This document shows, one piece after another, positions 50,120-60,292 of a stretch of DNA of 64,000 nt. This DNA comes from an uncultured Methanosarcinales archaeon (lineage in GTDB: Archaea > Nanobdellota > Nanobdellia > Woesearchaeales > CAXGTL01), in NCBI GenBank assembly GCA_964535955.1, contig CAZHVK010000005.1:62001-126000 (forward strand). Direction: 5' to 3'. The notes under the pieces were generated by a model that saw nothing but the letters and a program-made list of their open reading frames with translations, did not search any database and was not told the origin of the DNA. The position numbers and the translations under genes were made by a program. Every line of letters starts with the position of its first letter. Within the stretch, counting starts at the first letter, position 1.

Positions 50120-51526
50120 ATGAAAAAGATTGTGATATTGATTTTGTTGTTTTTGTTAGTTGGTTGTACACAAGAGATGACTTCAAGAGTTGTTGAAGAT
50201 ATAAATAACAATATTGATAATAATAAAAATACAAATAACAATTATGAAAACATAACATACATCAAAGTATACTTCTGCCCTCGCGACAGGTGTATGGATC
50301 AGTTAATTGAGTTAATAGAAAGTGCAAATGAAAGTGTTCATTGTGGATTGTTTGATCTAGATTTGCGTGATCTTATTAATACATTTGACAAGATGTCTTA
50401 TTTAGTTGATGTTAGATTAGTAATAGATGATGAAAATCATGATAAGTATTTAGCAAAAAAAGAATATGTGCGTTGGGATGATACTAGTCAATTAACTCAT
50501 AATAAGTTTTGTATAATTGATAATAAAATTATTAGCACTGGAAGTTTTAATCCTACTCATAGAGGTAATTTTGTTAATAATAATAATCTAGTTATAATAG
50601 ATTCTGAATTACTTGCAAAGAATTATGAAGATGAGTTCAGAGAGTTGTGGCATTATGAGTTTTCTGGTGGTCGTAAGGTTGTGTATCCAATAATTGATAC
50701 AAACTTTGGAAAAATAGAGAATTACTTCTGTCCTGAAGATCAGTGTAAGAATAATGTTGTCCGTGTTCTTGATTCTGCAAATGAATCAATAAAATTCATG
50801 ACATTTTCACACACACATGATGATACTGGAGATATTTTAGTTAAGAAACATTTTAAAGGTGTTAATGTGCAAGGTGTTTTTGAAAGAACACAGAATAATG
50901 CTTGGTGTGAGTATGATAAATTAGAACAATTTGGTCTGAATATTAAATGGGATGAAAACAAAGCAAACATGCATCATAAAGTTTTTATTGTTGATGAAAA
51001 GATTGTAATCACTGGTTCATTTAATCCTTCTTCTAACGGAGACACAAATAATGATGAAAATGTTTTGATTATCTATAATGAAGAAATTGGAAAAAAATAT
51101 ATTGAGGAGTTTGATTATGTGTGGAATTATGTGCCTAATCAAGATATGCAGATAAGAAATGCAACAGGTTTGGTAATAAAGAAAGTTATGTATGATCCTA
51201 CTGGTGCTGATAAAGGTAATGAATATGTTGTTTTGTATAATGTTGGTGAAAATGAAATTGATCTAAGTGGATTTAAATTACAAGATCATAAAGCAAATTA
51301 TAAATTAAGTGGTTTTATTCCAGCGAATAAAGAGTTTAAGTATTCTAGTAATAGAATGGCATTAAAGAATTCTAAAGGTTCACTCTACCTAAAGAATGAA
51401 TATGAAGAAGTAATTGATTCTGTGGCATGGGAAGGGTTTAATGATTGGAAACTAGTTGATAAGGTTGGACAGGGATTGGTAAGAAGTAAATTTGATAATG
51501 TTAATGATGAGGGAGAATGGGAGTGA
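50120..51526 (+). CDS. Phospholipase D-family lipoprotein (two HKD motifs) with C-terminal lamin-tail-like domain
   Basis: Lipobox 'LLVGC'; 'HNKFCIID...TGSFN' and 'HHKVFIVD...TGSFN'; 'VI..VMYDP.G.D..NEYV.LYN....IDLSG'. Confidence 0.88.
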   Translation: MKKIVILILLFLLVGCTQEMTSRVVEDINNNIDNNKNTNNNYENITYIKVYFCPRDRCMDQLIELIESANESVHCGLFDLDLRDLINTFDKMSYLVDVRLVIDDENHDKYLAKKEYVRWDDTSQLTHNKFCIIDNKIISTGSFNPTHRGNFVNNNNLVIIDSELLAKNYEDEFRELWHYEFSGGRKVVYPIIDTNFGKIENYFCPEDQCKNNVVRVLDSANESIKFMTFSHTHDDTGDILVKKHFKGVNVQGVFERTQNNAWCEYDKLEQFGLNIKWDENKANMHHKVFIVDEKIVITGSFNPSSNGDTNNDENVLIIYNEEIGKKYIEEFDYVWNYVPNQDMQIRNATGLVIKKVMYDPTGADKGNEYVVLYNVGENEIDLSGFKLQDHKANYKLSGFIPANKEFKYSSNRMALKNSKGSLYLKNEYEEVIDSVAWEGFNDWKLVDKVGQGLVRSKFDNVNDEGEWE

Positions 51527-51568
51527 AGTATAGAAATATTTAAATAAGACTTTTCCTAAATAATAAAT

Positions 51569-51943
51569 ATGCCTATTCATGAGCAAGCTGAAAGGATTGA
51601 GAAAAAGGATGTTGGTAGTATTGATATGGTGTTAAAAGCAAACCATAAGCAAAAAACAATAGGAAATTTATCTGTTTTAACTGGAAACATAAAATTAATT
51701 CTAGAACAGGAAGAAAGAGAATATACTAAGGATTCATCTATAGTCTATAATATATTAGCTGAAACTTCTAAAGGGAGAAGGTATTTTTTGAAATTTGCAG
51801 ATACTGATCCTGAACTAATACCATTAGACTATTTTAATCAATTGTCAAAAGAATTAGAAACAGGAAAAAAAGTGATATATATTTCTCCAGATAGTAAGAA
51901 AGGTAGTATTACGTATGCACATTTGATTCCTAATAATAAATAA
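51569..51943 (+). CDS. Hypothetical protein (124 aa)
   Basis: Leaderless ORF ~25 bp after GAAATATTTAAATA; no motif recognised. Confidence 0.55.
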   Translation: MPIHEQAERIEKKDVGSIDMVLKANHKQKTIGNLSVLTGNIKLILEQEEREYTKDSSIVYNILAETSKGRRYFLKFADTDPELIPLDYFNQLSKELETGKKVIYISPDSKKGSITYAHLIPNNK

Positions 51944-51958
51944 AAAAAATAAAAAAAC

Positions 51959-53131
51959 TTATTCAACCAACCCAGCCTCTTTTCTCAAAATCTCAACTTT
52001 ATCTGTTTTTTCCCATGTAAAGTCTGGATCATCACGACCAAAGTGTCCGTATGCTGCTGTTTTTCTGTAGATAGGTCTTTTTAATTGTAATTGGTTCAAG
52101 ATATCTGCTGGTTTTAAAGGAAAAAATCGTCTCACCAAGTCCTGGATCTTGTCTTCTGGTATTTTGTTTGTTCCAAAACAATTTATGTTAACTGAAATAG
52201 GTTCTGCAACACCAATTGCATATGCTAATTGTATTTCGCACTTGTCTGCTAAACCAGCTGCTACAATATTTTTTGCTGCATACCTTGCTGCATATGCTGC
52301 ACTTCTGTCAACTTTGCTTGGATCTTTGCCTGAGAATGCACCACCACCATGTCTTCCTAAGCCGCCGTATGTATCTACAATGATCTTTCTTCCTGTCAAA
52401 CCTGCATCTGCATATGGTCCTCCTCTGATAAATGCACCTGTTGGGTTTACATGAAAAATTGTTTTGTCATCTATGTATTCTTGACAAATTGGTTTTATAA
52501 CTTTGTCAATTATTTCTTTTTTTAATTCATCAAAGTTAATATAACCTTCGTGCTGTGTTGAAACAACTACTGTGTCTACTCTTAATGGTTTGCCTTGTGT
52601 ATCATATTCTACACTTACCTGAGATTTTCCATCTGGTCTTAGCCATGTTAACATTTTTGATTTTCTTACTTCACTTAAACGTTTTACCAATTTATGTGCA
52701 AGTGTAATTGGTAATGGCATTAGTTCTGGTGTTTCATTACATGCATAGCCAAACATCATTCCTTGGTCACCTGCGCCTTGTTCTTTGTGCAAACCTTTGC
52801 CTTCTGATACTCCTTGTGAAATGTCAGGAGATTGTTCTGTTACTTGTGTCCAAACTGAACATGTTTCATATTCTATGCCATATTCTGCTTTTGTGTAACC
52901 AATTTCTTTTATTGTTCTTCTAACTGTTGCAGGAATGTCTATGTAACCTTTTGTTGTCATTTCTCCAAATACCATTACACCTCCGTTCTTCACACCCACC
53001 TCTATTGCTACCCTACTATCTGGATCCTGCTTAAGAGCCTCATCCAAAATAGCGTCGCTGATTTGATCTGAAAGTTTATCAGGGTGACCCTCGGTTACAG
53101 ATTCAGAACTTAATATTATTTTTTCAGTCAT
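51959..53131 (-). CDS. metK: S-adenosylmethionine synthetase, bacterial/eukaryotic type
   Basis: '[10 protein letters not shown]', 'QSPDI', 'GAGDQG', 'RPDGKSQV', '[14 protein letters not shown]', '[16 protein letters not shown]'. Start at ATG 53131 after GAGGTG. Confidence 0.97.
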   Translation of the reverse strand: MTEKIILSSESVTEGHPDKLSDQISDAILDEALKQDPDSRVAIEVGVKNGGVMVFGEMTTKGYIDIPATVRRTIKEIGYTKAEYGIEYETCSVWTQVTEQSPDISQGVSEGKGLHKEQGAGDQGMMFGYACNETPELMPLPITLAHKLVKRLSEVRKSKMLTWLRPDGKSQVSVEYDTQGKPLRVDTVVVSTQHEGYINFDELKKEIIDKVIKPICQEYIDDKTIFHVNPTGAFIRGGPYADAGLTGRKIIVDTYGGLGRHGGGAFSGKDPSKVDRSAAYAARYAAKNIVAAGLADKCEIQLAYAIGVAEPISVNINCFGTNKIPEDKIQDLVRRFFPLKPADILNQLQLKRPIYRKTAAYGHFGRDDPDFTWEKTDKVEILRKEAGLVE

Positions 53132-53224
53132 TTTATTCACCTCTGTATGTTTTAATACTGTAATATTAATATCTTAAATTAGGGTTTATAAAGACTTAGA
53201 GTGAGAATTTGGTAAATTAGAAGT

Positions 53225-54739
53225 TTAAACTATTTCTGCTGTCACACTTCTCAACAGATGTTTTGTTATTTTTACTTTATAGAATTTATTCAATGGTAAT
53301 CTTTCTTTAATACCAATTACTAAAGGATATGTGCCTAATTGTCTTGCAAATGTTGTGTTTCCATCATATATTTCTGTTTTAACTTTGCTAAGTATTGTGT
53401 CTTCTGGAACTAAATTCTTTAACATCTGTGCATCAATGTTTTGCCTTATCTCATTTCGCCATTTCCAATAATACTTTTTGTTCTTTCTGATTGCTTTACT
53501 TTGGTTGAATATCTTTGTCTGTGGAAACTGAACTACTTGTCTGATGTTGATTCTTCTGAGTAGGAGTTTGTTGTCTAGGATTTTTGTTAGCCACTTTATG
53601 TTTTCTTTGTGAGTTTGTTTTGTTTCACCTATCAAGCCGAAGAGCAGATTAATACCAGGCAAAAACTTAGGCATACCATTGTCACCTCTCACAGAGCCGT
53701 GTTTGTTTATGATCTTAATTGCTTTGTATGTTGTTTCTGGATCAGAATTAAGATTATTTTGTTTTATGACAATTGGATCAAAACTTTCTTGGCCAAGCGC
53801 AGCGATGTTACCAGGTGTGCAGTACTTTACAACTAATTTTACTTTTTCTTCTGTAACATTTGCTGGGTTTATGTTGTCTATGTGTAATATTTTACTATAT
53901 TTTGCTGCATTGGTAAGGAGTTGTTCAATTTGTTTTTCATCTCTGGAAAAAAAATCACTTTGTTTACCGAGTCTATAGTTTTTTGCTCCATGTTTGTTTA
54001 ATGCTTTTATTTCATCGATGATGTCTTTAGTATTTCTTAGCTCGAATTTATGTTTAATTGGTTCTAAACAGAATGAACAATGGTTTTTTCTTGAACAACC
54101 AACTGCTGTTTCTATTTCTAACATTGTGTTTGGATAACTTGGATGATGTTTTACTAATTCTGCTCCTAGAATTGAAAGTTTTTGTATTTCATTGAAGTTG
54201 AATGTTTGTTGAAAATCTTTGAAATCATTTTTTAATAATTTTGGTAATTTTATTGCTAGGTTTGTGATTTTATAATCAAAACCAGACTCTACTTTTGTTT
54301 TTCCACCTCCATACAAACCAGAGCCATAGACAGCTGGGCCTGTCAAAATTGTCTTTGGAAGATTTTGGAATTCACTTAGTAATGTTTTTACTTCTTTTGT
54401 TGTTCCTGGAAGTGCTGATAAATACTTGCCTGGTGTGTGTTCACCTGCTATTATGATTATGTAATCTGTTTTTTCTAAAATTTGTTTTATGTCTTTGTGG
54501 TTTTTTGTTAAATTGTATGTTTTTATGTCTGTTTTGATTTGTTTGTTTGGTAGGACTAATTTTTTTCTTTGTTTTATGTGCTTAATATAGAATCTTAGAT
54601 CATCTATAGTAATGTAAATGTACTTGTTTTTTGTTTCTTTGACTGCTCCTGCAATATATCTTGGATATGTGCCTAAGTATGGAGGCACACCTAGACCAGA
54701 AGGTTCGTCTGTGTAGCAGTCTAGTATTGTGAATAACAT
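53225..54739 (-). CDS. Radical SAM protein with C-terminal TRAM domain (COG1031-like)
   Basis: 'LDCYTDEPSGLGVPPY', 'GCSRKNHCSFC', 'LHIDN.NP', 'LPGINLLFGL.GE', 'RRINIRQV', 'RQLGTYPL'. Confidence 0.85.
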   Translation of the reverse strand: MLFTILDCYTDEPSGLGVPPYLGTYPRYIAGAVKETKNKYIYITIDDLRFYIKHIKQRKKLVLPNKQIKTDIKTYNLTKNHKDIKQILEKTDYIIIIAGEHTPGKYLSALPGTTKEVKTLLSEFQNLPKTILTGPAVYGSGLYGGGKTKVESGFDYKITNLAIKLPKLLKNDFKDFQQTFNFNEIQKLSILGAELVKHHPSYPNTMLEIETAVGCSRKNHCSFCLEPIKHKFELRNTKDIIDEIKALNKHGAKNYRLGKQSDFFSRDEKQIEQLLTNAAKYSKILHIDNINPANVTEEKVKLVVKYCTPGNIAALGQESFDPIVIKQNNLNSDPETTYKAIKIINKHGSVRGDNGMPKFLPGINLLFGLIGETKQTHKENIKWLTKILDNKLLLRRINIRQVVQFPQTKIFNQSKAIRKNKKYYWKWRNEIRQNIDAQMLKNLVPEDTILSKVKTEIYDGNTTFARQLGTYPLVIGIKERLPLNKFYKVKITKHLLRSVTAEIV

Positions 54740-54770
54740 ATTTTATATTGAAATAGGATAACATATATAA

Positions 54771-55934
54771 ATGATGAGGTTATTAACTAAAGATAATTTG
54801 AAAAAAAGAAAAAAAATAAAACAATCATTGAAAAAAATAAAAAGCAAAGTTAAGGATAAGATAGGTAAAAGAAAACTTAACACTGCCCTTGTATTCACAT
54901 TCATAAGAATTATATTATCACCGATTATTATGGTTGCTTTATTGCTTGGTAAGTTTAAGACTGCTGTTATTCTGTTTATTATTGCAGGATTAACTGATTA
55001 TTTTGATGGTTACTTTGCTAGAAAAGAAAAAAACATAACATTCTTTGGAAAAATCATAGATCCTATTGCTGATAAATTCTTAATTAATCTTACTGCTATA
55101 GGTTTAGTTATTAGACTAGGGTTTCCATTGTGGGCTTTAATTATTTTTCTGATCAAAGATATTGGAATTATTTTTTATGGACTTTATATGTTAACAAAAG
55201 ATCTTAAGAGAGTAATTAAAACAACCATATTTTCAAAAGCAACTACTTTTTTACAGATTGTTGCGATTGTGATCTTTGTCTTAGGTGAATATTTTAGTTT
55301 TTTTGAAAAAATAAGTATTGGTGCTATCTTTATTGCATGTTTCTTTACAATTTACACTGTTATTGATTATATGGTCAGGTATTATAAAGCAAAACCTAGA
55401 AAGATTGAAGAATTTCATTTTAAAATATTATTAAAATTACCTGATTATATTACTATGCTTAATGCTCTTTGTGGTGTGGTTGCAATTTTCCTTGCTTTTT
55501 ACAAGATGTTTGTTTTGTCTTGTGTTTTTATGTTGTTAGCTATTGTATTTGATTATTATGATGGTAAAGTTGCTCGTAAGATTGGTAGAGAAGGTAATTT
55601 TGGTAAAGAACTTGATTCTTTGACAGACATTGTTAGTTTTGGTGTTGCTCCTGCTGTATTTGGTATTTCTTTGTTACAAGATAATGTGAATACTTTGTTT
55701 TTAATGATTGTGATGTTTTTGTTTATTCTTTTTGGTTTGTTAAGGCTGGCTAGGTATAATGTTATTGAGATGAAAGGTATTTATTATGGAATGCCTATCA
55801 CATTTAATGCAGTTGTTATATCTTTGATATATTTTGTCTCTTTGTATTATAGTTTTAGTTTGAGTTATTGGCTTTATGTTTATCTTGTTTTGGGTTTGTT
55901 GATGGTTGGGCCTTTTAAGGTGAAGAAGGGTTAG
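54771..55934 (+). CDS. Fused double CDP-alcohol phosphatidyltransferase (PgsA-like + PssA-like)
   Basis: Two complete signatures: 'DYFDGYFAR...TFFGKIIDPIADK' and 'DYYDGKVAR....NFGKELDSLTDIVSFGVAP...LRLARYN...GMP'. Confidence 0.9.
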   Translation: MMRLLTKDNLKKRKKIKQSLKKIKSKVKDKIGKRKLNTALVFTFIRIILSPIIMVALLLGKFKTAVILFIIAGLTDYFDGYFARKEKNITFFGKIIDPIADKFLINLTAIGLVIRLGFPLWALIIFLIKDIGIIFYGLYMLTKDLKRVIKTTIFSKATTFLQIVAIVIFVLGEYFSFFEKISIGAIFIACFFTIYTVIDYMVRYYKAKPRKIEEFHFKILLKLPDYITMLNALCGVVAIFLAFYKMFVLSCVFMLLAIVFDYYDGKVARKIGREGNFGKELDSLTDIVSFGVAPAVFGISLLQDNVNTLFLMIVMFLFILFGLLRLARYNVIEMKGIYYGMPITFNAVVISLIYFVSLYYSFSLSYWLYVYLVLGLLMVGPFKVKKG

Positions 55935-55949
55935 GTTGATTCTATCATT

Positions 55950-56417
55950 TTACACATCCAGAATACTCCTGCTTCTTGTTAAATATCTTGCAAAAGGATA
56001 ATAATCAATGATTTTTGCATTAATTCCAACTCCTTGTACATCATCAACCTTTTCTTTGAATAGGTCTCTTAACTTATTTAATTTTATTTCTAACAAAGAT
56101 TGTTTTAGTTTCATCTCTTGGATCATGTTTTCTGCTTTTTCTTTAGTAGTTGCTTTTGCATCAGGAAGTATCTGTTCATATTCTTTTATCTCTTCACCTA
56201 AATTGTTATATTTTTTTAACACTTCTTCTAGATCATCATGCTCTTTATACAAGTCACCAGGACATATCATTCTAGGACCATAACCAGGATAACCTCCATA
56301 TATCCATTCATTACTTTTTGTGTGACAGATTTTGCATTGATATATTTCTTCAGATCTCCAAGTTACCCCTCTGCCACCTGGTGGTCTTTCTTTTTTTGTT
56401 GATGAGTATAGTTTCAT
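55950..56417 (-). CDS. Hypothetical protein with CxxC motif and coiled coil
   Basis: GGAGGT RBS; 'YQCKICH...ICP...H'. Confidence 0.65.
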   Translation of the reverse strand: MKLYSSTKKERPPGGRGVTWRSEEIYQCKICHTKSNEWIYGGYPGYGPRMICPGDLYKEHDDLEEVLKKYNNLGEEIKEYEQILPDAKATTKEKAENMIQEMKLKQSLLEIKLNKLRDLFKEKVDDVQGVGINAKIIDYYPFARYLTRSRSILDV

Positions 56418-56431
56418 TTTTGATTACCTCC

Positions 56432-56860
56432 TCATTCATCATGAATACTTTGCCAATATCTATCCCTCTCACCTTTAACAATGAGTCTCCACTTTGATCT
56501 CTTTACAAATTTTATTCCAGATTTTTCTGCTGCATGTTCCCATTTTTTTATTTCATCTTCTAAAGGTAAATTTACATCAGAATCACCACAAAAACGAGGA
56601 TAAATTATTTTTTTACCAAATGCTGTGAAATAAATACCATCTTCAGTACAAAGAAATCTTTCAATCACAAAATCTTTCAAAATATCTGTAATCTCTTCAG
56701 GAGTTTTATATTGTTTTTCTATGTTTTTACCATCTTCTTTACAATACTTACCTATATCTTCTAATTCATATTTTGTTTCACATTTACTGCAAACTGCAAA
56801 TTGTGTTCTAACATCTTTAATAATCCTTCTTACGCAATATAGTGTGTCATATTCTGCCAT
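56432..56860 (-). CDS. Hypothetical zinc-ribbon protein
   Basis: GGAGGT RBS before MAEYD; 'CSKC...KYCKEDG'. Confidence 0.65.
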   Translation of the reverse strand: MAEYDTLYCVRRIIKDVRTQFAVCSKCETKYELEDIGKYCKEDGKNIEKQYKTPEEITDILKDFVIERFLCTEDGIYFTAFGKKIIYPRFCGDSDVNLPLEDEIKKWEHAAEKSGIKFVKRSKWRLIVKGERDRYWQSIHDE

Positions 56861-56979
56861 CTTCATTACCTCCACCATCACCTTAACAAGATTGTAACTA
56901 ATTCTAATAAATAAACTAATTGATTGATATCTTTGTAAAGTAGAAAGATTTATATATTATTTGTTCTTACCCACATAAT

Positions 56980-57927
56980 ATGAGCAGATTAGATAAAATT
57001 GATAAGAAAATATTGAAAGAATTGGACATTGATCCTAAAATATCTACATCTAAGTTAGGTAAAAAACTAAGAATTTCTCAACAAGTTGCTAATTACAGAC
57101 TTAGAAAATTGTTTACTGAAAACCACATAACAAAGTTAGGCACAGTTGTCAATTTGAATAAACTTAGGCAAGAACCTTATAGAGTGTTTTTTACATTTAA
57201 TTCTAAAAAACAATACAAAGAACAAGATATTTTCAATTACTTAAGAAATAAAAAAGGTGTTTATTGGGCTGCAAGAATTGGTGGTAAGTATGATCTGTTA
57301 ATTGGATTGTATGTATTTGATTTTGAAGCATTTGATGAGTTTATTGAAGATTTTTATAAAACATTTCCTGGCTTGATTAAAGATTATAAAGGGTGTTATG
57401 TTTTAGAACATTTTTTATACAAACATAAGTATTTGTGCAAAGATTATTCTACTATCACTTATGGTTATCATGATAAACAACAGGAGATTGATGATTTAGA
57501 TCATTATATCTTAAGCAAAATCAAAGATGATTGCAGATTGTCATCATTAGATATTTCTCAATCAAAAAAAGTTTCATATAAAACAATTATAAACAGGATA
57601 AAGGCAATGGAAAAAAAGAAAATCATATTAGGTTATAGAATGTTTATCAAGTCTGAAGAATATAAACCGTTTGTTGTTGTGTTTTCATTTAAAGATTATT
57701 CAAAATCAGATGAAAAAAGGTTGTTAAGTTATTTAGCAAGAAATGATAATGTGTCACAAGTTATCAGGTTGTTTGGTCTATGGAACATGTTTGTGCATGT
57801 TAGGATAAGTGATAATGAAAAATTACAAAAACTTATCATTGAATTAAGAGATAAGTTCAACATAATCTCTGATTATGAAATAATACCTGTTTTTGAAGAT
57901 ATTTCTATTAATCTGTTTCCTGTCTGA
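56980..57927 (+). CDS. Tandem (double) Lrp/AsnC family transcriptional regulator
   Basis: Two HTH starts ('LDKIDKKILKELD..P' and 'IDDLDHYILSKIKDDCR'), each followed by a RAM-like domain ('G.YDL', 'G.WNM'). Confidence 0.88.
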   Translation: MSRLDKIDKKILKELDIDPKISTSKLGKKLRISQQVANYRLRKLFTENHITKLGTVVNLNKLRQEPYRVFFTFNSKKQYKEQDIFNYLRNKKGVYWAARIGGKYDLLIGLYVFDFEAFDEFIEDFYKTFPGLIKDYKGCYVLEHFLYKHKYLCKDYSTITYGYHDKQQEIDDLDHYILSKIKDDCRLSSLDISQSKKVSYKTIINRIKAMEKKKIILGYRMFIKSEEYKPFVVVFSFKDYSKSDEKRLLSYLARNDNVSQVIRLFGLWNMFVHVRISDNEKLQKLIIELRDKFNIISDYEIIPVFEDISINLFPV

Positions 57928-58018
57928 GTTCTATTTTACAAAAATTCTGATTTGAAATTTTATATGTTTGATCAACTTACTAATATTAAAAGAGTTCTTG
58001 ATAGAAGAGGATAAAAAA

Positions 58019-59725
58019 ATGACAACAAATCAAGAAATAACACTATTAAAAAACTGGTTAATAAAACAAGAACCATGTGATAAAACAATAGAATTAGCTA
58101 GATCAAAGATTAAACAAGCAGATTTTGATATTGATCTAGAAGAACTTCTTGATAAATGGGAAAAAGTATTTGAAGAAAATTCAAAATTTGTCAAGCATCA
58201 TCACACAGCACATACTTCTGAAACAATATGTGGAATGTATTTTGCAAGCAAAAAAGTCACTACATGTATACACACTATAACTGTTGGTGATGATACTGAT
58301 TTGGAATGGACTTGTTATCTTAAAAAAAGAAAAAGTCTAGAACAAGCTGTTAACTACCTAATAAGATATGTTGTATTCTTAGACAAACATGTTGGAAAAG
58401 ATTCTATTGGTCGTGTTTGGAATGATGAAAAGTCAAAAAATGTAAGATTTAAAGGATATCCTAGTTCATTATATAAATTATTAATTGATCTGACTAAGAA
58501 ATCTCTCAGAAGAAAAAAACCAGCTAATATTGAATATTTTTATTTGGACAGGTTTTGCAATAATAAACTAGTATTGGATGGTCTTAATAATAAAGTTTTA
58601 GATTGTACTTATGATAATAATAAGTTTTTTTATAAAAGAAATAAAGCTGATATAAACCTTCTTCTTAAGATAATTGGTAAAAGAGTCAATGAACCAATTT
58701 TAGAAAAGAAATTAAGAAAATTCTATGAAACTATAAGAAAAATGAATACATACAAAGAAGTCTTATTTAGCAAAGAAATCAGGGCATTGTATGAAAAATT
58801 TTCTAAAGATGCTTTTAGAGAAGAAGTGTATACTCTACTTAATAATAATAATTTTAGGTTTTATGATGTTTATGAAAGATGTTTACAAGAAGATAGGATA
58901 GATGTTCTGGCTGAACTAGTACCAAGATATGAGCATTATTGCTTTCCAATAGATTCATTACTCTATTGTTTTAGTCATGTGTATGAGAAAAAAGATCTAA
59001 AAAGAGCTAGAAATTTTTATTCATTAATAATTTATAAAAAAGAGAAAGAATATCAATATAAAAAACAAGCAATTGATGATCTTTTTCAAGGTATTAAAAA
59101 TACAATAAGTAAAAATGACAAAGGATTTGCAATACAATTATATGAAAAGATAATATATGATCTTCCTATAGAAAAGATTGATCAAATAGTTGATTTTTTT
59201 AAACATACAATACCTGATAAGTCTTTGTATAAACCTATATTTGAGATATTATGTACTTCAATAGGGCATGTTCATTGGGAAATAGATGAATATTTATCAT
59301 TATTTGACCAATATATTTGTTGTTTTAATAAAAAACAGATAAAAAATATTAAAGATGTATTTAAAAAAAGGTGTGAAGATTTTAGGAATAATTGGAATTC
59401 GTCTGGTGCAAAGTCTTTTTCATCTGATAAACTGATAAAACATCATGAATTATCAAAAAAATATGAGATAAAGCTTTCTAAAGATTATTATAAAGACTTG
59501 TTTTATTGTTATGACAAAGAGTATGAATTATCAACAATCCATGCTTCTAATCAAAGGAATTTAGAGAAAAGAAAACAAAAACTTGAAGATATAAAAAGAG
59601 TACTGGATGAAATCAAAGACAAATATAGTTCTTTAGTCAAATATTCTAAACCTATTTTTAAAAATGCTGAACAAGACATAGATAAAAGAGAAAATGAAGT
59701 TAGGATAAAAAAGATATTTAGTTGA
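58019..59725 (+). CDS. Hypothetical helical protein (568 aa)
   Basis: Long ORF with GAGGA RBS before MTTNQ; no motif recognised. Confidence 0.65.
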   Translation: MTTNQEITLLKNWLIKQEPCDKTIELARSKIKQADFDIDLEELLDKWEKVFEENSKFVKHHHTAHTSETICGMYFASKKVTTCIHTITVGDDTDLEWTCYLKKRKSLEQAVNYLIRYVVFLDKHVGKDSIGRVWNDEKSKNVRFKGYPSSLYKLLIDLTKKSLRRKKPANIEYFYLDRFCNNKLVLDGLNNKVLDCTYDNNKFFYKRNKADINLLLKIIGKRVNEPILEKKLRKFYETIRKMNTYKEVLFSKEIRALYEKFSKDAFREEVYTLLNNNNFRFYDVYERCLQEDRIDVLAELVPRYEHYCFPIDSLLYCFSHVYEKKDLKRARNFYSLIIYKKEKEYQYKKQAIDDLFQGIKNTISKNDKGFAIQLYEKIIYDLPIEKIDQIVDFFKHTIPDKSLYKPIFEILCTSIGHVHWEIDEYLSLFDQYICCFNKKQIKNIKDVFKKRCEDFRNNWNSSGAKSFSSDKLIKHHELSKKYEIKLSKDYYKDLFYCYDKEYELSTIHASNQRNLEKRKQKLEDIKRVLDEIKDKYSSLVKYSKPIFKNAEQDIDKRENEVRIKKIFS

Positions 59726-59779
59726 ATTATATATTTTATGAGAAACCTTTTTATACTAATAATCTATAAAATAAAGAAT

Positions 59780-60289
59780 ATGGATTATACATTAATAATA
59801 AAAGCATTGTATTTCATGCTTCCTGCTTATTTTGCAAACATGGCACCTGTTCTTACTAAAAATCATTTTAAGAAATTAGCTATTCCTGTTAATGCAAAAC
59901 TATTCGGTAAAAATAAAACATGGAGAGGATTTATATCAGCCATCATATTTGCAATGATAATTGCATTTATACAGCAATGGATTGGTTGGAACAGTATTAT
60001 TGATTATTCTAAAGTCAATATATGGTTATTAGGGTTTTTATTAGGCTTTGGTGCAATGTTTGGTGATAAATTAGAAAGTTTTTTTAAAAGAAGAATCGGT
60101 ATCCCTCCTGGCAAACCATGGTATGTTTTTGATCAATTGGATTTTCCATTAGGTGCAATGATGTTTGCTAGTTTTATTGTTCCATTTACATGGATTGATT
60201 TTACAATTATTATTGTTGGCACTTTTGTATTGACTGTTTTGGTCAATCATATCAGTTATTGGTTAGGTATAAGAAAGGTGTGTTGGTAA
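59780..60289 (+). CDS. carS: CDP-archaeol synthase
   Basis: 'LPAYFANMAPV', 'FG.NKTWRG', 'GD..ESFFKRR.GI.PG', 'DQLDF', 'NHISYWLG.RKV.W'. Start moved to ATG 59780. Confidence 0.9.
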   Translation: MDYTLIIKALYFMLPAYFANMAPVLTKNHFKKLAIPVNAKLFGKNKTWRGFISAIIFAMIIAFIQQWIGWNSIIDYSKVNIWLLGFLLGFGAMFGDKLESFFKRRIGIPPGKPWYVFDQLDFPLGAMMFASFIVPFTWIDFTIIIVGTFVLTVLVNHISYWLGIRKVCW

Positions 60290-60292
60290 AAG

